A stretch of DNA of 64,000 nt from Longimicrobiales bacterium (GTDB lineage Bacteria > Gemmatimonadota > Gemmatimonadetes > Longimicrobiales > Gaopeijiaceae), in NCBI GenBank assembly GCA_963664435.2, contig CAXXKM010000003.1, positions 736,001 to 800,000 on the forward strand, in the 5' to 3' direction. Within the stretch, counting starts at the first letter, position 1. The number at the start of each line of letters is the position of its first letter. This document shows positions 1 through 8,675 of the stretch, in pieces. The notes under the pieces were generated by a model. That model did not search any database. It saw only the letters and a program-made list of their open reading frames with translations, and was not told the DNA's origin. The translations under genes and the position numbers were made by a program.

Positions 1-155
1 AGTGCGACGACGTCCTCCGCGTTCTCGTCAGCGCCGGCGTTCGCCGCCGCGGGATCCACGGGCCCGGCCATCTGCTCGGCCGGAGGCACGTCGCCCTGGT
101 TCGCCAGGTAGGTCACCATCCGGTCCGCTTTGCGGTTGATCGGTTTCAGTGCCAA
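1..155 (-). CDS. qhpC: Quinohemoprotein amine dehydrogenase gamma subunit precursor (5' part; runs off the window)
   Basis: Manual translation from TTG at 155 after GAGGAG gives MALKPINRKADRMVTYLANQGDVPPAEQMAGPVDPAAANAGADENAEDVVAL. KPINRKA...EDVVA resembles QhpC leaders, and the gene lies directly downstream of qhpD. Not in the ORF track. Confidence 0.85.
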   Translation of the reverse strand, partial: MALKPINRKADRMVTYLANQGDVPPAEQMAGPVDPAAANAGADENAEDVVA

Positions 156-196
156 AGGTCTCTCTCCTCGTCTTACGCGGTCGCGAAGAACCCGGC

Positions 197-1780
197 TCAG
201 GCGTCGAATCGTGCCAGGAATGCCGGGTTGCGCTCCGAGATGGCTCCATAAACTCGAAGACAGGTGTCGGTCCAACTCCGAACCCACTCGCAGAAGTGCA
301 GGTTCGGGGTTCCCGTGGTGCCATACCGGGTGTGGGCCTCGTGATAGCATCCGCCGGCGCAGATGGGGCGGGCCCAGCAGGTGTGGCAATCCGTCTTGCT
401 GTTGATGTGGTGCTTCTTCAGGTAGTCGTACTGCACGTCGGTGTCCACGCCCTCCGACACCGACCCGATCTTGTGCTCGTCGGAGCCGGCGAAGCGATGG
501 CAGAGCGCCACGTCGCCGTCGGTCGCCACCCCCATGAGCCCGAGGCCGGCGCCGCAGGGGTACGCCTTGCTCACGCCCTTGTGGATCTCCTCCAGGGTGT
601 CCTTGACGTTGGAGAAGCCGTGATGGCGGTCGGCGCAGGCGTGCTCGAGGAAGTCGCGCGCGAGCTCCTCGAACTGGCCGAGCATCTGGTCGTAGCCGGC
701 ATCCGAGATGGAGAAGTCGCGGCACGACGAACTGGTCACCGGCGCAAAGCCCACCTCCCAGAAACCGATCTCCTCGGTCAGGTGGGTGAAGATCTCCTTC
801 ACGTCGAGGTTCTTGCTGGTGAGGGTCACGCGCGCGCCGATGGGGCGGGTGCGGTGGCGCGCCAGAAGATCCTTGATCTTCGGCAGGATGATGTCGTAGC
901 TGCCCATGCCGTTGGAGAAGACGCGCAGTCCGTCCTGCACTTCGCGCGGACCATCGATGGAGACCGTCACGCCCACCCGGTATTCCGCCAGCCAGTCGAC
1001 GATCTCGGGCTTGAGCAGGGTTGCGTTGGTGGTCAGGCTGAAGTCGACCTCCTTGCCGACTTCCTTCGCCCGCTGGCGCGCGTATGCGACCGTGCTCTTC
1101 AGCAGCTTGAAGTTGAGGAGGGTCTCGCCGCCGAAGAACGTGAGATGGACGAGCCGGTTGGTGCCGCCCTGCTCGAACATGAAGTCGACGCTCTCGCGGG
1201 CGGTCGCGAGGTCCATGTAGCGCGGCTTGGAGTCGGCTTCGACGATGCGGTCGTCGCCGTACTCGTAGCAGTAGGTGCAGGCCAGATTGCACTTGCTGGT
1301 GACGTTCAGGACCATCGTGGTGAGCGGAAAGCCCTTGGGCGGCAGCAAGTCGGGAGGGGCCGGGGCGGGCTTGCCGAGCAGGCCGATGGCGCGCACGCCC
1401 ATCAGTTCCTCGACGCGGTTGGCGACCTCTTCCGCGGGGAAGCGGCTCCCCAGCATGCCGAGCAGCTCGGCGGGCGTGCGGTTGGCCGTCTCAAGCGCCT
1501 CGAGCACCGCCCGAGAGGGGGCGTCGAGCCGGAAGATGGCCGCGCTCGGGACCAGGTAGAGGAAGGTGGAATCCTCCGCCTGGAAGGAATGGAACTCCCC
1601 CAGGGTGAGGACGTCGGGGGCGGGCGCGGAGCCGGGACCGTCAGCTCCCGGGATCGCAGGGGCAAGAGCCCCGTTTGCAGGCCCGGGAGCCCCGTTTGCA
1701 GGCCCGGGGCCGCCGCTTGCAGGCGGAGCGGCGCCCGCCGTCGCGGACGAAGCTGCGGAGGCGATGCCAATGTTGCTCAT
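197..1780 (-). CDS. qhpD: Radical SAM/SPASM QHNDH maturation enzyme (thioether cross-linking)
   Basis: CNLACTYC radical SAM motif, FFGGETLLN, and C-terminal Cys-rich SPASM region (CGAG...CH...CHTCWARPICAGGC); lies between qhpA and qhpC. Confidence 0.92.
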   Translation of the reverse strand: MSNIGIASAASSATAGAAPPASGGPGPANGAPGPANGALAPAIPGADGPGSAPAPDVLTLGEFHSFQAEDSTFLYLVPSAAIFRLDAPSRAVLEALETANRTPAELLGMLGSRFPAEEVANRVEELMGVRAIGLLGKPAPAPPDLLPPKGFPLTTMVLNVTSKCNLACTYCYEYGDDRIVEADSKPRYMDLATARESVDFMFEQGGTNRLVHLTFFGGETLLNFKLLKSTVAYARQRAKEVGKEVDFSLTTNATLLKPEIVDWLAEYRVGVTVSIDGPREVQDGLRVFSNGMGSYDIILPKIKDLLARHRTRPIGARVTLTSKNLDVKEIFTHLTEEIGFWEVGFAPVTSSSCRDFSISDAGYDQMLGQFEELARDFLEHACADRHHGFSNVKDTLEEIHKGVSKAYPCGAGLGLMGVATDGDVALCHRFAGSDEHKIGSVSEGVDTDVQYDYLKKHHINSKTDCHTCWARPICAGGCYHEAHTRYGTTGTPNLHFCEWVRSWTDTCLRVYGAISERNPAFLARFDA

Positions 1781-3573
1781 TTCGGGTTGCCTTCCATTCC
1801 GGGACCCGGTCCCGGGGTTCGGTTTCCTCGGCCGTTCGGACTTGCCGCCGGATCCGGGCTCGCTCCCGTACTCACGTTCGCTCCCGCGTCGAAAAGGAGG
1901 TAGAGCGGTACGGTCACGACCAGGTGGGCGCGGGCCCGCAGGGGACGATCGCCGTTGTCGTCCTGTGCCAGCGTGGCGACCACCCAGACGTCGCCGACGT
2001 TGTTGCGGTTGCGGTCACGGTCGGGGTTTGGGCCGTCGACCGCGGGAACGAAGAGTCCCGTCTGGTCGATCGAGCCGACGTACTCGATGTCGTTGTCGTC
2101 GAAGGTTGCCGCGTATTCCTCGAGGCTCCATTCGACCTCGATCGGCCCCAGTTCCAGGTCGTCGTCGGAGCTCGGGCGCCCGTCGGGTCCGTCGTCGAAG
2201 GCAACCGCCTCGAACTGCTGGTAGCCCTTCGGGAAGACGATGCCGCCCACGCGGGCCATGCCCGTGCGCGGAAGCACCTGGATGCGGTCGATGCCGTCGT
2301 GCACGACGACGCCCTGCGCGAGGCTCGCGCCCCCGACGAAAACGTCGCGACCGCCGGGGACCGCATCGGGCGCCAGCGTCACGTTGAGAGCGATCTCCTC
2401 CGAGGAGGCGCTGACCACCCGGTTGACGGTCAGACCGGGACCGAGATCCACATCTCCGGGCCCAACGTCGTCCGCGAACCCGGCCCCGAAGATGCGGACC
2501 TCCCGCTCGCCGCCACCCAACTGGAGGGCGCGGGGATGGACACCCGCGACAACCGGGGAGCCGGCCAGGCGCGTAAGACGCACATCCATGCCGATCTCGT
2601 CGTAGTCGCCGCGGAACCAGCGGCCCGCGATCTCGTTCATGCCGCGCTCGACGACCATCACCTCGCGCATCGCCCCATCGGCTTCATCGGACTCGAAGGA
2701 GCGCCCCCGCCACTGGTAACCGGTGTACACCAGCCCGCGGCCCCGCCGGGTGACGGTCTCGCCGGTGGCCGGATGGGTGTAGCTGGCCCGGGTGACGAAC
2801 GCGTCCTGTTCCCCGCCGTCCCCCATGGTCACCGTGCCGTAAGCCGCGCCGCGCCCGGGCTGGTGACCGGACAGAACCCAGGTGCCCTCTAGGCGGGGCG
2901 GCCGCATGGTGGCCGACCACGCCGCCCACTCGGGGGTGTGGAGGGGGAAGACCTCGGAGAGATGATCGACGGCCCGCTCCATGGGCTGTCGGGTGTCCGG
3001 CGGCTCGCCGTCGGGGCCGGGCTGGTCCGGCGTGGGCCCCATGCGCAGGAAGGCCTGGAAGTCCGCGAGCGGATAGTATCCGCGGTGCGTGGACATCAGG
3101 AGCTCCCATTCCTCGCGGGTGCGCCGCTGCGTGATCACCCGCCCCATCGAATGGCACTGGATGCAGGTGAACTCGACGTCGGTGTCCGCCTCGTAACGGT
3201 GGTCGATCATCCGCTTCTCGACCTCGAAAAGCCCCGGACGCAGCTCCTCTGGAGCCAGCCCCTGGTGGTCCGAGAGGTACTTGACGATCTCGCGCGCCTC
3301 TTCGGGCGCGAGCGTCACGCCGTTGAGCGAGATCATGCGCTGCAGCGAGCCCTGCCATCCCTCCGGCGTCTTGCGCTCGAAGGAGATACGCGACATGCGC
3401 CCCTCCGAATCCGGCAGATGACATGCCGCGCAGCGCGCGCGGATGGTCTCGTGCTCGATCGCGAAGCCTTCCTCGTCGCTCTGGGCGCTGACGCCGGCTG
3501 CGAAGACGGACGCACCTGCGACGAGGAGCCCCGCCAAGAGGCGCGCGCGGGTCAATCGAGGGCGGTGAACCAT
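1777..3573 (-). CDS. qhpA: Quinohemoprotein amine dehydrogenase alpha subunit (diheme c)
   Basis: Signal peptide, two CxxCH motifs (CAACH, CIQCH), RISFERKTPEGW, and GPNPDR...NNVGD...HLVVTVP C-terminus; 4-nt overlap with qhpD. Start set at ATG 3573. Confidence 0.92.
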   Translation of the reverse strand: MVHRPRLTRARLLAGLLVAGASVFAAGVSAQSDEEGFAIEHETIRARCAACHLPDSEGRMSRISFERKTPEGWQGSLQRMISLNGVTLAPEEAREIVKYLSDHQGLAPEELRPGLFEVEKRMIDHRYEADTDVEFTCIQCHSMGRVITQRRTREEWELLMSTHRGYYPLADFQAFLRMGPTPDQPGPDGEPPDTRQPMERAVDHLSEVFPLHTPEWAAWSATMRPPRLEGTWVLSGHQPGRGAAYGTVTMGDGGEQDAFVTRASYTHPATGETVTRRGRGLVYTGYQWRGRSFESDEADGAMREVMVVERGMNEIAGRWFRGDYDEIGMDVRLTRLAGSPVVAGVHPRALQLGGGEREVRIFGAGFADDVGPGDVDLGPGLTVNRVVSASSEEIALNVTLAPDAVPGGRDVFVGGASLAQGVVVHDGIDRIQVLPRTGMARVGGIVFPKGYQQFEAVAFDDGPDGRPSSDDDLELGPIEVEWSLEEYAATFDDNDIEYVGSIDQTGLFVPAVDGPNPDRDRNRNNVGDVWVVATLAQDDNGDRPLRARAHLVVTVPLYLLFDAGANVSTGASPDPAASPNGRGNRTPGPGPGMEGNPK

Positions 3574-3681
3574 GCGGGGACCCGGAAGTTGGAGAAACTC
3601 TTGTTTACCGGTGTATGCGGCATAGGGATGATATCGCCTGCGGGGAAGGGAGACAAACAGGGAGATTCGACCGGACATGCC

Positions 3682-3951
3682 ATGCCACGCCTTACGATCA
3701 CATTGACCAGCCGGGTGCACCGCGCCCTGAAGGACGTTGCGGCTCGGCAGGGACGCTCAATGGGCGAGATCATCGAGCTAAGCCTCGAATTCAGGGGTAT
3801 CCTCCCTTCCGAAACCGCACGCGAAATCGTCGCTCCCGGGCGTTCGACCTCCGGCTTGAGTGATGAGGCGGCGATGGCGATCGCGGTGCGCGAAACCAGG
3901 CTTCACCGAGCCGAGAACGAGGCTGACCAGAGCCAGAGGAGAAAGGCATGA
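3682..3951 (+). CDS. Ribbon-helix-helix (CopG-like) DNA-binding protein / antitoxin-like
   Basis: MPRLTITLTSRVHRALKDVAARQGRSMGEII beta-alpha-alpha pattern; ATGA overlap with the next gene. Confidence 0.75.
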   Translation: MPRLTITLTSRVHRALKDVAARQGRSMGEIIELSLEFRGILPSETAREIVAPGRSTSGLSDEAAMAIAVRETRLHRAENEADQSQRRKA

Positions 3952-4589
3952 ACTTCGACGTCGAAGGCCACCTGGGCGCCACGGAGCGCTCGGTGTCGGT
4001 GCTGGAGCGTGATGGACAGCCCGCCCGCGCGGTCATCCTCTCCTGCCGTTACGCGACGACGCTCGAGGACCTGTGGGACGCCGTCACCAACAGCGAGCGC
4101 CTGACCCGGTGGTTCCTGCCCGTCAGCGGTGAACTCCGACCCGGCGGCCGCTATCAGCTTGAGGGCAACGCGGGTGGTGTGATCACGGCCTGCGGGCACC
4201 CGTGGCATCTCGCGCTCACATGGGAGTTCGGCGGGGACGCGAGCTGGGTGGAGGTGCGCTTCTCGCAAGACGGACCCGGCCACGCGCGGCTTGCGCTGAC
4301 GCATACGCAGGGGTTGTCGGAACACTGGAGCCAGTACGGGCCGGGGGCCACGGGCGTGGGGTGGGAGTTGGGTCTGCTGGGGCTGGCGTTCCACCTCGCG
4401 GACCCGGACGCGCCGAAACCGGATGAGGTGGCCTTTGCGACGTCGCGAGACGGCAAGGCGTTCATCCGGGGCAGCGGTGAAGGATGGGGGGAGGCGGCGA
4501 TCAAGGCCGAATCAAATCCCGCTGCGGCGCGGGCCGCGGCCAGGCGGACCATCGCGTTCTACACGGGTGAACCGGCGGATCCCGCCTGA
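3948..4589 (+). CDS. SRPBCC/AHSA1 family protein
   Basis: DLWDAVT..ERL.RWFLPVSGELRPGGRYQLEGNAGG and GPGATGVGW motifs; AGGAG RBS. Confidence 0.85.
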   Translation: MNFDVEGHLGATERSVSVLERDGQPARAVILSCRYATTLEDLWDAVTNSERLTRWFLPVSGELRPGGRYQLEGNAGGVITACGHPWHLALTWEFGGDASWVEVRFSQDGPGHARLALTHTQGLSEHWSQYGPGATGVGWELGLLGLAFHLADPDAPKPDEVAFATSRDGKAFIRGSGEGWGEAAIKAESNPAAARAAARRTIAFYTGEPADPA

Positions 4590-4643
4590 CGTCGTCTGGG
4601 ACAGGGCCGCTTCCGCAGGTACGATCTGTGAACTTCAGGGAGT

Positions 4644-4848
4644 TCAGTTCATCGTCCGGGCAACGCGGAAGCCGATATTGAACCCGCGATCCTCACGCGG
4701 TATCCCGTCGCGGAAGGTCCCCCCAGTACCAGGCCGATTCCGTCCCCGCGCGCGCGACGTATTCCCACTCCGCCTCGCTCAGCAAGCGGTAGCTCTCGCC
4801 GGTCTCCTCCGACAGCCATCGGAGGTAGGTCCGCGCGTCCTCCCGGCA
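4644..4848 (-). pseudogene. Remnant of a formylglycine-generating enzyme (SUMF1/FGE-sulfatase) domain gene
   Basis: Minus strand reads [41 protein letters not shown], then in another frame NIGFRVARTMN*. No start codon, and the middle of the domain is missing. Confidence 0.75.
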
Positions 4849-4883
4849 ATCCGCGCAATCTCCCCGCGGGAGTACCGGGCCGC

Positions 4884-6538
4884 CTACAGATCGTTCTTCA
4901 GCATCCCCTTGCCGAGGAGGACGGAGAGGGCGCCGAGGAAGTCCGGCAGGGAGACGGTGGCGACGCGGTCCAGATAGGCCTGGTACAGGTCGGGGACCTG
5001 GTCGTGCCGGCCGGCCATGGCAACGAGCGGCGGGAGATCGATGTCGCGAAGGAAGCGCACGCCGTCGGGGAGCGCGGGCGAGGCGAGATGCTCGTCGAGG
5101 ACGATCCGTCGGCCGCGCACGGCTGGAAGCTGCAGGCGACGCAGGCCGGCGGCGGGGCGCAGGCGGATCGCAGGGGCGACGCGAAGGTCGCTGAAGGCCT
5201 GAAGGACGTCGGGATCCCGGCGCAGGGCGGCAATGTCGGGTTCGGTCGGAACCGGGATGTGGACTTCAGCGGACAGGTCGAGGGCTGGGGTGTGAGCCGG
5301 ATCCAGAGCGGGAGCATGCCCCGGATCCGTCGACGCGGACTCGCCGGAGGCCGGGACGTGTGAGGCGGAAGCGCCGGACGCGCGGGTGAGTTGCGCCGAC
5401 GGCGCGGGCGCAGGGATGCCGCCAGCGGCCTCTGCGCGTGCGCTCCAGAAGCCGTGGCCGTGCGCCGCAGCGGCCTCGCGGTAGTACCGGGCGGTGTGGC
5501 GCCGATGGGCGAGCCAGGTCTCCCGTTCGCGACTCTCGAAGAACTCGAGCGCCACGTCGTGCATGTCGGGCGTCGAATGCAGGTGTGGACGGTAACCGCC
5601 GCGAGCCAGGCGGAAGCGAGCGCCTTCTTGACCCCGACCGACGCGAGCGGATCGATGAAGCTGCCGGCGTCTCCGACAAGGAGGAGCCCGTCTCCGGCGA
5701 ACTGTGACGCGGTGTACTGGGAGGCGGTGTGCCCGCTGATGTCGCTGGCCAGATGGGCATCGGCCACCAGGCGGCGCGCCTCCCGGGTCTTTTCCAGCTC
5801 GGCCAGGTAGAGGCGGCGGCGACCCTTCCCCTTGAGCAGCCGCGTCCGGCGGGGGTCGATCATCATGGTCAGGTAGCGGCGCGTGTCCGATACCGGCATC
5901 GACCAGGCCCAGCCGTCACGGTAGCTCTCCACCAGGGTGTAGGGCTCTGCGGGGGGCGCGTCCGCGTTCGAGCGCCAAATGCCGGCCAGGGCGACGGTGG
6001 CGTTCGACTGGTCGTGGACGCGCAGCTCCGGGTTGGCGATCACCCCCGAGCGGCCGGAGCAGTCCAGGACGAAGCGACTTCGGAGGGTGGCCCCGGCGCC
6101 GCGGGCTGCCTCGTACTCGACACGCTGGCGCGGATCCCCTCCATCTCCGGCAGCGCTCGCGCGCACTACCCGCCGCACCCTCGCGTCCCGTCGCACCTCG
6201 GCTCCGGCTTCTTCCGCGAGGTCCAACAGCAGGGCATCGAAGGCGTCGCGCACCACGTGATGGCCCACAGTCCCGGGCGCAAAGTCGGCGCGCCGGAGCG
6301 GGGCGTCAGCCCATCGGACGAGATTGCCGCGGGCCGCGAAGAAGCCCGCCTCGTCGATTCTCTGCGCGACGCCCAGGAGGGTGAAGAGCTTGCGCGCGCT
6401 GGGAGGAACGGACTCCGCGAGAGCGGGATGGCCGGTCGGAGGCCGCGTGAGCAGAACGACGGAATGCCCCCACAGCGCGAGCAGGCGGGCTGTCGCCGAG
6501 CCGGCGGGCCCGCCGCCGATGACGACGGCCTCGAGGAT
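4884..6538 (-). pseudogene. qhpG: QhpG-like FAD-dependent monooxygenase (halogenase-like fold), frameshifted near 5568
   Basis: IGGGPAG, DCSGR, GWAWSMP and GDAGSFIDPL lie in one frame; the plausible C-terminus (MHDVALEFF...[10 protein letters not shown]...KGML) lies in another. The junction cgc ccg ac atg appears to lack one base. qhp context. May be an assembly error. Confidence 0.65.
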
Positions 6539-6546
6539 GTCGTCGC

Positions 6547-8601
6547 CTACGACACCGGCCGATCCGGCGGCTCCACCTTCACCGACCAGAGCCCGGAATT
6601 GGTGTCCGAGAAGAACACGTGGCCCTTGAAGGGCATCGCGCTCCACACCATGGTCGAGTTGGGCACCCAGCCGTTCACGTCCGTGGACTTGTGCACGGCG
6701 ATTTCGCGGCCCTGGGTGTACAGGTTGCCCATCAGTTCGCCGGAAACGTCGACCACGCGCAGGCCGCCCTCGTAGTACGCCTGGTAGAGGATGTCGTCCT
6801 CCACCCAGATGTTGTGAGTGCCGTACTCGCTGACCTCGTAGCGGGCGACCATCTCCGGATTGTCGGGATCGGTGAAATCGATCACCTGGATGTAGCCCTG
6901 GGTCGCGAGCGGTATCCCGTTCATCCCGGTCTCGGGGTCATACGGCAGCTGGTACGTTCCGCCGCCCCGGGGGCCCGCGTTCGCGAGTCCCCTCCGCTGC
7001 ATGTTCTCGTCCCCGACGAACACGTAGAACCGGTCGCTGGATTGCGACCGGTAGGGGAAGATCGCGTGGGTCGTGCCGGTCGGCACCGCCAGTTCCGAGA
7101 TGAGCACCGGGTTTTCCGGGGTGCCCCCCCAGCGCCCGTTGCCAACGTCCACGGCCACCATGCCCTTCTCCCACTCGGCCGAGTAGGCGATGCCGTCGAG
7201 CACCCAGACGTCGTGGAGGCGGCTGTCGGGATGGTTGTACTCGCCGACCACGCGCGGGTTGTAGATGTCGGCGACATCGATGATGACGTACTTGTCGCCG
7301 GCTGCGAGCACGTAGGCGTAGTCGTCGTCGGGGAAGGCGTTGTGGACCCCGCCCGTGAGCCCCTCGACCACCTCGGAGGCGATCACGGGGTGGGCCGGGT
7401 CGGCCAGGTCGAGGAAGACCACCCCGTTGCGCCGGTTGGAGGCGCCTTCGCGGGTGAGGGTGGCGTAGCGGGCGTCGGGGGAGACCTTGACGTCGTTGAC
7501 GGCGCGGGCGTCCACCTGGAGGGAGTCGGTCTTGAAGATGTTGCCCGGGTCGGTGACATCCCACGCGTAGGCGTACCCGTCCGACATCTTGGCGCCCGTC
7601 AGCGCGTAGTCGCGGCCGTCGAGCCCCTCGAACACCCAGAAGTCCGTGGTGCGCACCGTGGCGGTGCTCCCCGTTCCCACCAGCGTGAGCTCGCGTACCG
7701 CGTCGCGGCCGACCGCCTGGAGGGTCGCGCGCGCCGACAGCGGACCCGCGTTGGCCACGATCGTGTACACGCCCGGCACGTCGGCGACGAAGCGGCCGCG
7801 CGCGATCTGGCCGGGCGCGCTGGGCGCGATCATGTCCGCGTCGGGCACGGCCGTGTGGGTCCAGGTGACGGGCACGTCGGCGACCACTTCGCCAGCCGCG
7901 TCGCGCGCTACCGCGCTGAGTTGCTGCACGTCACCGGTGCGCACCTCGTCGGCCAGCCCGGTGATGTCCAGCGAGACTGCGGGGAACGGGGCCACCTCGT
8001 AGGCGGCCGTGCCGGCCGTCCCCTCCACGTCGGCCCGGATGGTGACCGCACCCGTGCCGGTGGCGGTCACGTAGCCGAAACGGTCGACGGTGGCAACGGA
8101 CGGATCGGAACTGGACCACGACACGGCCGGGCCCGGCCGCACCGATCCGTCCACGTGGCGCGCGGTGGCGGTATGCCGGAGGGTGGTCCCCCGGTAGAGG
8201 CGGCCCGGTTCGGCGGTGACCTCCACAGTGGCGACCTCGGGAGCAAGCACGGTGAGCGGAACGCGCAGGCTGGGCGGCGTTCCTTCGTATCCGGGCGGCG
8301 TCAGCAGCGTCGCCACGATCTCGTACTCGCCCATCGTCCGTCCGCGGACCGTGCCCCCGCGCACGGTCGCCGCAGCCCGGGGCGCCACCGTACGCACCTG
8401 GGCGTCCGCCACCACGCGGCCCTGGGCGTCGAGAGCGCGCACCTCGAACGGGACTTCCTCACCCGTCATGACGACGACCGACGGCGGCGATGCCTCGAGC
8501 CGCACGACGCTCGCGGCGCCGGCTTGGGCGGATGCGCGCTCGGGCGCGTACGCGAACGTCGACAGGAAGGTCAAAACCGCGAGGACGGTCAGCCGCTGCA
8601 T
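6547..8601 (-). CDS. Secreted Ig-like (Big_2) + LVIVD-repeat beta-propeller protein
   Basis: Signal peptide MQRLTVLAVLTFL, WSSSDPSVATVD Ig repeat, and repeats VFLDLADPAHP, VIIDVADIYNP, QVIDFTDPDNP, GLRVVDVS. Confidence 0.8.
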   Translation of the reverse strand: MQRLTVLAVLTFLSTFAYAPERASAQAGAASVVRLEASPPSVVVMTGEEVPFEVRALDAQGRVVADAQVRTVAPRAAATVRGGTVRGRTMGEYEIVATLLTPPGYEGTPPSLRVPLTVLAPEVATVEVTAEPGRLYRGTTLRHTATARHVDGSVRPGPAVSWSSSDPSVATVDRFGYVTATGTGAVTIRADVEGTAGTAAYEVAPFPAVSLDITGLADEVRTGDVQQLSAVARDAAGEVVADVPVTWTHTAVPDADMIAPSAPGQIARGRFVADVPGVYTIVANAGPLSARATLQAVGRDAVRELTLVGTGSTATVRTTDFWVFEGLDGRDYALTGAKMSDGYAYAWDVTDPGNIFKTDSLQVDARAVNDVKVSPDARYATLTREGASNRRNGVVFLDLADPAHPVIASEVVEGLTGGVHNAFPDDDYAYVLAAGDKYVIIDVADIYNPRVVGEYNHPDSRLHDVWVLDGIAYSAEWEKGMVAVDVGNGRWGGTPENPVLISELAVPTGTTHAIFPYRSQSSDRFYVFVGDENMQRRGLANAGPRGGGTYQLPYDPETGMNGIPLATQGYIQVIDFTDPDNPEMVARYEVSEYGTHNIWVEDDILYQAYYEGGLRVVDVSGELMGNLYTQGREIAVHKSTDVNGWVPNSTMVWSAMPFKGHVFFSDTNSGLWSVKVEPPDRPVS

Positions 8602-8675
8602 GGCACGCTCCAGCTCGAGGAATCCGCAGGGGGACGATAACCCGGAAATCGGCGGGACCGCCAGAACTCCGCGGC

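Noticed and set aside
4884..6538. True tryptophan halogenase
   Set aside because: The WxWxxP motif is shared across this fold; the qhp context and extra C-terminal domain favour a QhpG-type oxygenase. Not fully excluded.
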